Positions 51,114 to 63,090 of a stretch of DNA of 64,000 nucleotides are shown here, one piece after another. The stretch's first letter is position 1. The number at the start of each line of letters is the position of its first letter. A model generated the notes under the pieces. The model ran no database searches. It was not told the origin of the DNA and worked only from the letters and a program-made list of their open reading frames with translations. The translations under genes and the position numbers were made by a program. This stretch comes from Saccostrea echinata (lineage: Eukaryota): assembly GCF_033153115.1 (NCBI RefSeq), contig NW_026889761.1, positions 10,478,001-10,542,000 on the forward strand, written 5' to 3'.

Positions 51114-53695
51114 ATAATGCTGTTACACTTCTATTTGCAAGACTTCAAAAAATGGTCCACTGTAACATGGAATTCTTTGCACTTTTGTTTGCATTGTTTA
51201 TTATTCAGAGCATCTGCCGCCTGGTATGATTCAACAGTTATGAAAAACCTTGGCTATTTTTAAAATTAGTGAACTTATTCCAGCTGTGTGGTTATAAGTG
51301 TATTCTACATTTAAATGTTCATTTAGTATATTACTGGTAATCTGTATATACAGCTGCACCTACGTTCATTTTCCTGATAACTACGACGACATTCAAGTTC
51401 CCTAATTTTTTATTTGCACTTGCACTTTAACTCAATACATATGACTTTGTTGTTGATGATAATACACTCATAACGTTAACAATAGATATGGATGTCCTTG
51501 AGTGTATGCTTGGTAATGATTTTAATTGATATCGCATGCAACCAGATATTATAATACAGGCGGTTTGTTGAAAATTTCCAAATATTTTCTAATAAAAAAG
51601 ACTGAAACACACTAGATTTTTTCGTTATTTCTCTTATCATGCTTATAATGATACGCTTCTTTGTTGCTAATAGGAATGCTTAATGAGTAGCTCATGCAAG
51701 AATACTGCTGCACATTTCTTGTCGCTCATCCTGAAATAGACTCTGATATATTTACATCAACTCGGTTACAGCATACATTGTCAACTTTTTACTCACTTAG
51801 TTTTCGGTGTTTGTGGGTTTCCACATTAAAATACCTCCACGGAAATGGCTCTCCTCAGTCTTTTGAGGTAAGATTCAAATTATAAAAATCAGCTAAAGAA
51901 ACCAAGAATTCATTGTCCAATAATTTATCTACAGATCTTTCCGTCTCTGTTTTCAGTTTGGTTCTATAGTGACCCAAAACTACTACTGACAGAACACACA
52001 AACGCTTCTGATGTCAGAGTTTCGGTTTAGGTAGAAGCTAGTTCGCTTTGTGTTTGGAAAACAGGTTTTCCAAGAGCGATTGAAGATATTTTAGGAACTT
52101 CTTTACACTGCACACTGCAGAGTTTAATTCCATTGCTCTTCTAAGCAGCTAGAGCGTTCTGCTCTTAGATCTTGAAATCTACAGTGCATTACTCAATTTA
52201 TACTCCATTAAAACATTCTTAACATTTATAAAGCAAGGATAATTTATTTTGATATTCGATTTTGGCGTATTTTCCCAATTTAAGTAAACAACAGTTATTT
52301 TGTTCCTTAATATTTCGTTGTCTTTGAACAATTTTCCTTGGGGCATTGTCCAAAAACAAATTCCATTGGTGTACAGATCGAGGGTCAATAAAATATTGTT
52401 TGATGGTTGACGTAGTAAGAAGGTCACATGCTGACCAGAAATCTTCTTGTTGTGATAAAAATTCTCGACTGACGACTTGAAATGCTTATCTTTACATATT
52501 ACTAGAGGAAGCCATCTTTTCAAATGCGGGAACCTTCCAAAATTAGTTTTTGTAAATCAAGCAGCTTTCCTTATTAATTATGGAATTCTTGCTATTTGAG
52601 TACGTAGAAGATGGAATATCTATACTTATAAATTAATAAATTTTGCAAATAAACTCCGAAACGGGTGCCCCAGAGTTCTTACTTACTCCTCAAACAATAT
52701 ACTATATACAAGATGATGTCCAAAAACTATATTTAGATTTCACTCGCATAGTAAGTATGCATGTTATTATTTAAGCTCAAGGACAAATGAAGATTCAGAA
52801 TCACTGTAAGGCGTCTATTATGCTGACCCTTCAAATCGCAGTAAAATTTATACGTCTTTCGTATTTTCACAGGGGAGGAGAATTCTTTTCCATAAGAATT
52901 TGACATCTAAGTAGACTAACGGGTGTTTGAATCGTATTGTGTATGAGACTGTTTATACGTAATCTAATATTTTGATTATTGCTAAACCAATAAACAAAAT
53001 TTAATGATCATACAATGTAGAAAATATTTACTTTAACCATCAAGATATAAAACACCTAAAATGTTCTCCTGGACCTATTGTCAAGCAAACCTTTTTTTCA
53101 GCATGGTGTTAACTTTTTTTAATCAAGAAATTTTTACCTGTTTATCGTTTCTCTTAATACTAGCATTAAAAATAGTTATTGGAAATTAAAATAATTATGA
53201 AAACACTTATTGAATGAATAAGTAGAAAATTGTCTGCGAAAAATTTACTTCCAATTTTATAGCACAATAATTCAAAAGTCAGGTGCCTCTAGGACTTTCA
53301 ATAAATTGTATGGAGACCTGAATTATAGCTGGATTTTTTAACATTTTTTCAACGTTTATTTCTTTCGAGTTTAATGTAGGTTAAAACAATTTTTTCATAT
53401 TAGGTCTTAATAAAAAGGCAAATTCAATTGAATAAAAAATATTCAAACAAAAGTAAATTTATCATTTAATTTTGGAAGTTTAAAATGAAAATGAATATTT
53501 GAATGGTAAAAGCAAGAACATTGAACAAATAGTAATATAAAGTGTTTTTCAGCTTTCAGCTCTGTTCTTATGAAACAGGAAAACAATATTAACATGCATA
53601 TGTGTAAAAGGCATGCAAACGTCAATATTTTATGAACAATTGCTCATTCTGTGAAAAGTAAGAAAAGAAACAGTATTTTTATTGGTTCATTCATA

Positions 53696-53743
<48 letters not shown>

Positions 53744-54566
53744 ATGGGTGTTTAACTAGGAACCTCTTTTTGATGTATATTTCGAACAAACAACCCAACA
53801 AACTACAACAGCCACAAAGGAAGAAATATTTTTTTCGCTGTCGATCTGTAAAACTCACATGCAATTTAATTACATACATACAAATCAACATAGAAATCTG
53901 TTAAAAAAAAATACATTTCAAAGAATATACATTGTCTCTGGATATTTTTAGCATGATGGCGGTCGGATCTTCGATAGAATGTTTCAGTTTTTTCCAAGAA
54001 AACACTTACGAAGGAATTTTGGCATTAAAACATGTTAAATGATGTCTATATCAAAATTTACAAACACTGTCTCACTCAAAAGACTAATCACTATCGATTT
54101 AAAACGAAAAAAATATACAAAGAGGATTTAGTTTTATTCACCTCATAAATAAGGAGGAGAAGGTATATAGTAACACATCTTCTACAGGGACCAGGGATAC
54201 CGCAATAAAATATACTGCAAGAATCTCAATGTATTGAAGATTCTAGTGTGTTCAAATCTTTGTCCATATAAATTCTATCGAATGCATTATGTACAGATTT
54301 ACGTTTTAGTAAAGAGCCCGTATTATTCACTTATTTAAAAAAGGCCTTTGATAGACGATGAATATGGTGATGCCATTTCGTTGGTTGGGAGTAGAGATAA
54401 TCTGCAGGTTGGCTATTTAATGATTCATAGTTGTGTAAGTAAGGCGTTGGTCTGACAACAGGAACAATTGTTTAATAATCAATTAGTTGAACTTGTAGAA
54501 TGTCGATAAATACACTGGAATGACAGCTGTCATCAAATCATGTATTTTATAGTGTGTTGAATTCTT

Positions 54567-54604
54567 TTACCAATCCGGTAAATCTTGTAAATCTGACTGA
54601 TCAC
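54567..54604 (-). CDS. Gene B-prime terminal exon (213-aa protein in total)
   Basis: tag|(G)DQSDLQDLPDW*; the stop position is conserved in the pseudogene copy (GHHSDLPEFSD**). Confidence 0.7.
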
Positions 54605-54688
54605 CTAAAATGAAAATAAGATCAATCATTGTGCATGTATAACAATACACACACACCTTCACATACACTTGCGCACGCGTGTACTTAC

Positions 54689-54862
54689 CACATTCATTTG
54701 GTGAGTTACCTAACTCTTTCCATATCCCTGTTTGCTGACAACGACGTTCAATATGGACAGCAGCATTGTTGGTGCACTTGTACTGAATTAGACTCCCTGT
54801 CATCATGACGCTTTTCGACTGATTTATCAACTGAAATTCTTTTCCTACTAGTGGACTGCACT
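54689..54862 (-). CDS. Gene B-prime exon 4: Sushi/CCP domain
   Basis: cag|(E)CSPLVGKEF...GSLIQYKCTNN...RRCQQTGIWKELGNSPNEC|gtaagt; 174 nt, phase 1 to 1; C..Y.C..C..G.W..C Sushi pattern. Confidence 0.85.
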
Positions 54863-55250
54863 CTGCAAATTAAAACAAATATTGTTGGTTACACGTTTCG
54901 ATTATGTTTAAAGATATACATGTAATTTGATAAATTTCATTCAAAATCACAACAGATTCACTGTAAGCAGTGAGCACTGTAACTTTTAGCCTGTCCATTG
55001 TAGTGGCATATAATTAGCGAGCTCTTTTGCTGGTTTTACAATACATTTAAAATTTAATAGAATGTATGCTTAAGGTTCGCCTTTGTTTAAATCTTTCGCT
55101 GCCAAATTATTTTCTTCCTACAGGGTTCAGGTTTTAGTTTTCAATGATGCATTAAAACTTGATCCGATCAAAATATTTAAGTAAAGAAAATCGCCATAAA
55201 TTATAGTGATAAAAACGGTTGCCATAGAACAAATGTTGCGATGGTAATAC

Positions 55251-55341
55251 CTGTTATACTGCAAAAAACTGAATTGTTTGCCAATACTTCGCATCTTCCA
55301 TTGTCTCCACAAACTGTATCATTACAAGGGGATACATCTAA
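55251..55341 (-). CDS. Gene B-prime exon 3: EGF-like segment
   Basis: cag|LDVSPCNDTVCGDNGRCEVLANNSVFCSIT|gtatta; 91 nt, phase 0 to 1. Confidence 0.82.
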
Positions 55342-55472
55342 CTGTAAATAAAACGCACAGTCTTGTTTTGTTTTATCTTGAATTATAATTAGATCATCAA
55401 TTTGAAAATCTAGTTTAGAAAAAGTAGGTGTGTGAGCCAAAAAGGAAAAACGAAAAAAATCTTGAAACTCAC

Positions 55473-55774
55473 TAGTTGGCGCATTTCATTTTTTTCCAAG
55501 TACCACCAAAAGAGACCTCCCTTTATAAGTGGATTGCCCATGTATGTTGCTTCATAATTAATTTCACAAACTTTTAATGTTTGTTCAAAGTTGATTGATT
55601 TACATCTTTTTCTAACAAGACACTCCCTGATGCATGTAAAGGGTCCTATATCTTCTGTTCTTCGCATTACAGTTCCATGCAATCGTCCACGTGGAAACAT
55701 ATGCCAGGTATAACATTTACCTGGATCAGAAGGTATGAATAGACACCCTCCGAAAAGTAGAAGTACAAGAAACG
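55473..55774 (-). CDS. Gene B-prime exon 2: hydrophobic leader plus PAN/Apple domain
   Basis: Strong polypyrimidine tract and cag|(A)FLVLLLFGGCLF...GPFTCIRECLVRKRCKSINFEQTLKVCEIN...|gtgag; 302 nt. C-x3-C-x5-C-x-S-x-N-F...C-E is a PAN pattern. Confidence 0.85.
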
Positions 55775-56141
55775 CTGCAAAGGAACGAAAGTGGATGAAA
55801 GAGACATTTAACAGTCAGAATACATGTATTTGTATTTAAAGAAAAGATCATTTTGAGAATGCTTATTGGCAACAATTAAAGTCAGTAACTCATTCACTTG
55901 TATCGTTTTTGTTCACATCTTACATTAATTAATACATGTACATGCATAACTGAAGAAAATACGCCTATAAAATTTCATTAAGTTTTCAAACAGAATCTTT
56001 GTCTCAGATAACTAAATCCATATATTCCTATGAAACATCTTTGAGCATTATATTGTGAGCAGACATATTTTTACATTTTTACAATGAATACTTAAAGTCA
56101 TTCTAAACAAAAGTAATGCAAACAAAAATCATTACAGTTAC

Positions 56142-56178
56142 CTTCAATGCTGGACTTTCCAACACTCAGCAATGCCAT
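56142..56178 (-). CDS. Gene B-prime exon 1
   Basis: ATG...MALLSVGKSSIE G|gtaact; 37 nt, phase 1; the same ATG and peptide are retained in the pseudogene copy (MTLLSVGKSIIK). Confidence 0.7.
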
Positions 56179-56959
56179 TTTTCATCGGTTGAAGTTTTCT
56201 GAAACATACATTCAAACGCTCTCCTATCTAATTTAGGTTAACCTTTAGTTTTGGATTAATGCAACTGAATAATAAAATGTACCCATACTATCAACAAAGA
56301 TTAATGCTAAAAAATATCAAAAATGATGTAGTATTTTTGCATGTTATCTGCAATCATCATCCACGATAAATCGAGAATTTTTATTTACTCAAAGCAACCA
56401 AAAGGGAAATGAAAGATTTGTTCTGTTTACTTATTACGCCAAGATTTAGATCTTTTTGTTGTCAGGATACCTCTACAGTTAACAATATGGGTTTATCGGG
56501 CCCCATATAATCATTTCCCAATAAGGAAACATTGATTTAGATTCTGCATACTACAAAGGGTAAAATTAAATGTTGTGAATAATTACATGGCTAAAAGAAG
56601 TAAACTGTGGAATCTTCAGTTCTCTACATTTCAAGACTTTCATTTGAAAACAGAATTATATGACTTTCGTTTAAGCCTAACCATAATTGATACAGAGCGA
56701 AAGAAAGATTCCTTATAAACTGTTACTCATGACAATGTACATCTTGCAAATCAACAACAACAACAACAACAACAAATCTTCAAACAACAAAGAAAGTGTT
56801 TTACGAGCAAAATGTGCAAGCCATTGGTATGCTTTAAAAAGTGACATTTTTTTATTATAACTGAGTATCAACAAATAATATTTTTTTAGGTAACCGGATA
56901 TACAAAAGGTGTTACAGTTTGTTTTTATCAATAATTGAGAGATATCACGTATAGGTATT

Positions 56960-58690
56960 TACAGTCGTGTTTATCGTCACAGTCTGAGATAACGACAGTC
57001 GTGTTTAACTTCACAGTCTGACATAACGACAGTTGTGTTTAACTTCACAGTCTGACATAACGACAGTCGTGTTTAACTCACAGTCATGTTTAACTTCACA
57101 GTCTGACATAACGACAGTTGTGTTTAACTTCACAGTCTGATAACGACAGTCGTGTTTAAATTTACAGTCTGAGATAACGACAGTCGTGTTTAACTTCACG
57201 GTTGTGTTTAACTTCACAGTCTGACATAACGACAGTCGTGTTTAAATTTACAGTCTGAGATAACGACAGTCGTGTTTAACTTCACAGTTGTGTTTAACTT
57301 CACAGTCTGACATAACGACAGTCGTGTTTAACTTCACAGTCTGACATAACGACAGTCGTGTTTAAATTTACAGTCTGAGATAACAACAGTCGTGTTTAAC
57401 TTCACAGTCTGAGATAACGACAGTCGTGTTTAACTCACAGTTGTGTTTAACTTCACAGTCTGACGTAACGACAGTCGTGTTTAAATTTACAGTCTGAGAT
57501 AACGACAGTCGTGTTTAACTTCACAGTTGTGTTTAACTTCACAGTCTGACATAACGACAGTTGTGTTTAACTTCACAGTCTGAGATAACGACAGTCGTGT
57601 TTAACTCACAGTCGTGTTTAACTTCACAGTCTGACATAACGACAGTCGTGTTTAACTTCACAGTCTGACGTAACGACAGTCGTGTTTATCTTCACAGTCT
57701 GACATAACGACAGTCGTGTTTAACTTCACAGTTGTGCTTAACTTCACAGTCTGACATAACGACAGTCGTGTTTAACTTCACAGTCTGACATAACGACAGT
57801 CGTGTTTAACTTCACAGTTGTGTTTAACTTCACAGTCTGACATAACGACAGTCGTGTTTATCGTCACAGTCTGAGATAACGACAGTCGTGTTTAACTTCT
57901 CAGTCTGACATAACGACAGTCGTGTTTAACTTCACAGTCTGACATAACGACAGTCGTGTTTAACTTCACAGTTGTGTTTAACTTCACAGTCTGACATAAC
58001 GACAGTCGTGTTTATCTTCACAGTCTGACATAACGACAGTCGTGTTTATCTTCACAGTCTGACATAACGACAGTCGTGTTTAACTTCACAGTCGTGTTTA
58101 ACTTCACAGTCTGACATAACGACAGTCGTGTTTAACTTCACAGTTGTGTTTAACTTCACAGTCTGACATAACGACAGTCGTGTTTAACTTCACAGTCTGA
58201 CATAACGACAGTTGTGTTTAACTTCACAGTTGTGTTTAACTTCACAGTCTGACATAACGACAGTTGTGTTTAACTTCACAGTCTGACATAACGACAGTCG
58301 TGTTTATCGTCACAGTCTGAGATAACGACAGTCGTGTTTAACTTCACAGTTGTGTTTAACTTCACAGTCTGAGATAACGACAGTCGTGTTTAACTTCACA
58401 GTCGTGTTTAACTTCACAGTCTGAGATAACGACAGTCGTGTTTAACTTCACAGTCTGACATAACGACAGTCGTGTTTAACTTCACAGTTGTGTTTAACTT
58501 CACAGTCTGACATAACGACAGTTGTGTTTAACTTCACAGTCTGACATAACGACAGTCGTGTTTATCGTCACAGTCTGAGATAACGACAGTCGTGTTTAAC
58601 TTCACAGTCTGACATAACGACAGTCGTGTTTATCGTCACAGTCTGACATAACGACAGTCGTGTTTAACTTCACAGTCTGACATAACGACT
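56960..58690. repeat. Compound minisatellite of 18-bp and 16-bp modules
   Basis: X=ACAGTYGTGTTTAACTTC and Y=ACAGTCTGASATAACG, arranged as XY (34 bp) and XXY (52 bp). Confidence 0.93.
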
Positions 58691-58839
58691 ATTGACTGAA
58701 TCTTTTCCACAACGTGTAGCAAATGTAAATCTGAAATTTATACAACACTTGTTTCATTTGTTTTACACTATAAAACTGTTCTTTTACAATATTTCAGATA
58801 CCAAACAAACGAAAACATTTTCGTTATTCTTTTTACATC

Positions 58840-59107
58840 ATGGGGCTTGTTTTGATTCATGCAGTTTTAGCAGTGTGTATTTTGCTGACCTCTTGTGTCT
58901 GTAAAGAAACTGATATATCACTACTAATCAGGAAATTGAATAAGTTTTCTTCCGTTGCTAAATATGCATTATACCAAATACTGGAAGCTCAAAAAGAATT
59001 TCAAGACAGCCTGGAATATCGACAACAGCTAAAGGATTTGAAGTCAGCTGTGGAGAGTCAAGCAAAAGAAATGGGGTCCTTAAAATCTAGTTTGAAAGAC
59101 AATTCAG
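58840..59107 (+). CDS. Gene C first coding exon: signal peptide plus predicted coiled coil
   Basis: MGLVLIHAVLAVCILLTSCVCKETD...YRQQLKDLKSAVESQAKEMGSLKSSLKDNS G|gtaag; 268 nt, phase 1. Confidence 0.75.
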
Positions 59108-61242
59108 GTAAGCATGAACAATTTTTCCCTATAAAATGGTAAATGTACGGAAGCCCATTTAGAACCTATCAAAAAATATGAAAATTCGACATAACGAATA
59201 TTCAAATTTGTTAAAATGATTTTAATTCGTTTTTTTCATTTTTCTAATTCGTTATAACGAATTTAATCTATTATAACAAAGAACAATATAGAAAGAGTAT
59301 ACCAGAATATATATTTTATGCACTAGTATCAGGTGCATGTATAAAAAGCTGACGTAATTCAACCAGAATTGAGAAAAGTCAGTAAAATGTCTTACTTTGG
59401 CACCCTTTTGTGGCCTTTGTGTATGAATCAAATTAAATGCTGGATTTAAAACAAGTATCATATAAAGTTCTCAACTGGCAATTATACAATTTTAACTGTG
59501 TTTTGATTTTATTGTCAAATAAGAGGCCAAATTCTGCTGTTACCATACCTTGTCATTTGTTGAATTTATTATACCGATTTAATTTGAAATAAAAATATTA
59601 TAACAGATTAAATTAGTTTAAAAGAAATCTAAAATTAACTTAATTGAACTAAATTCATTAAAACGAATTCTTCTTTAATTTGTTATAACCAAAGTTTGAA
59701 AGAATTGTCAATTCATTGTGTAAGATTCATATATTGGCTGACGTGTTTCATACCAATTGCTAGACCTTTGTTTTATAAACACACGAATTGGACTATGGGA
59801 TGTTCCGTTCACTTGATCTATACATAGGACTCACGGCGGGTGTGACCGGTCAACAGGGGATGCTTACTCCTCCTAGGCACCTGATCCCACCTCTGAAATT
59901 TCCGAGGGTCTGTGTTTTATGCCCTGCTCATAAAAAATCATATTGACTATAGATTTTTATGAGATCGATCACCTTGGCATTCATAAATAATTTTACAATA
60001 AGCTGTAAATAATTTAATTAAACGAATTTAGTTCATTATATTAACTTTAAGAATTAAACAAATAAAATCTGTTAACGAATTAAAAAGTTATCTCAAATTA
60101 AATTTGTTTTAACAAATAAGACAACTCGTTACTTCGGATTCAAAAATATCNNNNNNNNNNNNNNNNNNNNNNNNNNNNNNNNNNNNNNNNNNNNNNNNNN
60201 NNNNNNNNNNNNNNNNNNNNNNNNNNNNNNNNNNNNNNNNNNNNNNNNNNNNNNNNNNNNNNNNNNNNNNNNNNNNNNNNNNNNNNNNNNNNNNNNATAT
60301 AAACATGCAGAGAGCAAATATCTTCATACCTGTATGAAGTTTTTCGAAGGTCATAGGTCATTACGTGACCTAATCACACAGCGCAGTAATATCTACATAA
60401 AAAGACTTACTCCACTAAGCAACATAGCATGTTTTTCATGCATAAAAATGTACAAAATACGCAAGTAAAATAATAATCATTTTATTTACAATGTAAACGA
60501 GTATTTAATACAGTTTTTGATCGGTTTTACATAGAGAATAGAAAACTACATGTTATAAGTTCCATGTCTGAGCTGCATAGTCTCAACGTTTACCCTTATT
60601 TATCTCGCAGACCTCTGAATGCTATAATTTTTTTCATTAAACTTTACTCACAATAAATTTGAAAATCTGTTGAAAAATATCAATGTAATGCAATCACGCC
60701 ACAAACAGCTGACAAACACGGCACTTTGGAAGTTCGGTAGGCACACCTCCATCATCGAGATCGTTGTGACGTTGTCTTAACAATGTAAGCTGTCGCCAGT
60801 GTCTCCATGTCAACATCATAAATTAATAAATATATGCCTTACTGAAATCGTACATTTTATGTTTTGGATCAAATTTTGTACTTGATTTCAAGTTATCTGG
60901 TCCGGACAGGTGTCTCCATCCATTCCTTTCCGACCGAAATTCCTCCAACTTTTTATTATCAAACATCGGACATGTTTCTTGTGTTTTTTAACATCGAATA
61001 TGGGTTGTCATGAATACAAAAATTCCCAGACACCAATATACTCACTATAATTGATCACAAGTAGCCTTTCACAGAATATTCCCTTCAAAACAGAATCCTT
61101 TGCCAGATGAATTTGAAGCGTAACCGCTTTTCAAGCCGATTTACACCTTGCGCAATTTGTCAAAATCTACGACGTACAGTTAGTGCAATATTTATATTCG
61201 ATTACATTCTATTGTCCGTCTCAAATGTATATATAAGTAATA

Positions 61243-61386
61243 AATAACAAGTTTAAAAACTTCAATGGGAATTGAAGTGGGTCGATACGTGATCAAATCT
61301 TCTGAGAAGGCCTTCGGCCTTCACAGGATTTGATCACGTGACCGACCCACTTCAATTCCCATTGAAGTTTTTAAACTTATTTATTT
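61243..61386. repeat. ~140-bp palindrome centred on CCTTCGG (Crypton-like element end); similar structures at ~5495-5650 and ~49000-49120
   Basis: AAGTTTAAAAACTTCAATGGGAATTGAAGTGGGTCG...GAAGGCC-TTC-GGCCTTC...CGACCCACTTCAATTCCCATTGAAGTTTTTAAACTT. Confidence 0.7.
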
Positions 61387-62040
61387 CTTAAATATAATTT
61401 ACGAATCGTTTTCAAATATATCGGCACCTAGGTGTTGAATTGAGATTCAGTTTCTTTAAGTACCCGATGAGGGAAGCCAGTGCGTAATAATACAACGCAA
61501 TATTCAATGTTTTTAATTGTTAAAAGGTGTTTCCATTGTGTGATTTTTCAAAATATATCTCCTCCTCAGTTTTTTGGCTCTTTCAATGCAATCTTACACA
61601 GCTGGAGATTATCTATACTAATTAAGGTATTCTGAAAAGTGTTGCTATGCTATAATCAAATTGATTCTTTCAAAATGTCTTTCCCTGTATGATTATGGTT
61701 TCTAACAAAACTTAGATTACATCAAAGTAATAATTTTTTCCGTAATTGATTTTATATCAAAATTTTTGCTATGATTACTATAATGAAATTGTCTGGGTTT
61801 TTTTCCTTTCAAAATTCTACCCCTCCTATGGTTTTGGTCTCGTTTGAAAAAAAAAATGGTGGAAATTAAGAAAGTCACAAAACTAAATAATTGTATTAAG
61901 CTAAAACTCAAAAGAAATGCTTAATAAAAAGTCCAAAAGGAACATTTAATTGTAAACCTATAACGCTACTGTCTCATCAGAGACTTTGGTTAAACTTATT
62001 ACTGATCATTTCCGATCGATTCATTTTATTTTACTCACAG

Positions 62041-62130
62041 GTGAGTCAAAATCAAAAAGTTCAGGTGCAGTATATACACGATGGGGAAGATATGATTTCC
62101 CACCGAATGAAACAGAACTTGTTTATAAAG
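62041..62130 (+). CDS. Gene C next exon: start of a short-chain collagen C4-like C-terminal domain
   Basis: cag|(G)ESKSKSSGAVYTRWGRYDFPPNETELVYK G|gtattg; 90 nt, phase 1 to 1; matches the G.VY.RWGR..CP....ELVY.G family motif. Confidence 0.8.
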
Positions 62131-62435
62131 GTATTGTAATACATTCCCTAATTCCCCCCAAAAAGATTTCACATATCTTTACGTTAAATTAATAAATTTG
62201 AATTTATACAGATCACCTTAACATATAACTTTAACATGTGTACATGGCAATTTAACTCTAATTGAACTTGTAAATCATTTAAAAATGTTTTTCATTGTTG
62301 AGTCTATTTGAAAAAAATATTAAGTAAAACTCAGTCCTCTTTGCCCGTGTATGCAACAAACTAAAGTTGATTGAAAAGATTAACAACAACAACAACAACA
62401 AAGAATTTTATTAAAAATCTTTACCGCATCACTAC

Positions 62436-62740
62436 GTCGCCAACGTGCGCAGTGGTAGAGTGTCTGCTCTAGAGTCGCGGAGTAAGGAGTTAATCCTTAC
62501 GTCACAGTTTCGAATCCCACTGTGGGATGTGGAGACCGGTCTTTCGGATGAGACTATATAAACCGAGTTCCCCTGTCGCAGTAAATGCTGGCACGAAAAA
62601 AAAGATCCCTCCCTGCTCAATAGCTCTGAGTGCCGAGTATAGGTAAAAATTTGCAGTTCTTCACAGGCAAGTGGTGGAGTCTCCAAATGATTGAAAAATT
62701 CTCGAGAGGGACCTTAAACAACGAACAAAACAAACAAACC
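62436..62740 (+). mobile_element. tRNA-derived SINE, same subfamily
   Basis: GTCGCCAACGTGCGCAGTGGTAGAG...TTCGAATCCCACTGTGGG...(AAAC)n tail. Confidence 0.8.
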
Positions 62741-62811
62741 ACGTAACTGCACAACAAATGCGTCTTGATATTATCATAAGATGTTTACCTAGTACATGTA
62801 GTATGATGAAA

Positions 62812-63090
62812 TATATGGAGATAACGAACAGTATTCAAGCTCAAAAGTCCATTAATCAATACAAAATAGGAGCAGAGCAAACACGGACCTCCAAACATCA
62901 GAGGTGGGATCAGGTGCCATGGAGGAGTGAGCATCCCCTGCCGACCGGTCACACTCGCCGTGTGCTCCTTGTCATGATCGGGAAATAATGGAAAAATCCG
63001 CTGACAATTCAGTGTGTAAATAATGGCCTAACAGTTAGTATGAAAAACGTCAGTCAGCATTTGACTCAATGATAAATTGTATTTGCTGAT
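62812..63090 (+). repeat. Dispersed repeat (related pieces near 6270-6499, 14215-14340, 16432-16495, 29105-29360 and, inverted, 59740-59970)
   Basis: Shared motifs GATAACGAACAG and AGAGGTGGGATCAGGTGCC..GGAGGAGT.AGCATCCCCTG..GACCGGTCACAC; class not determined. Confidence 0.65.

Larger units (their letters stand above)
40827..51913 (-). pseudogene. Gene A-prime, pseudogenised paralog of gene A
   Basis: Exons at 51797-51913, 47028-47282, 46732-46907, 46432-46535, 42325-42596, 41591-41752, 41364-41404 and 40827-40912. Exon 1 reads MNSWFL*LIFII*ILPQKTEESHFRGGILMWKPTNTEN* (3 stops). Exon 2 has a 7-nt insertion (ACATTGT) causing a frameshift and TAA. Confidence 0.85.

Noticed and set aside
56151-56160. 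NF-kB-like TGGACTTTCC conserved in both duplicate blocks
   Set aside because: It lies inside the predicted first coding exon of gene B (codons GKS), which explains the conservation.
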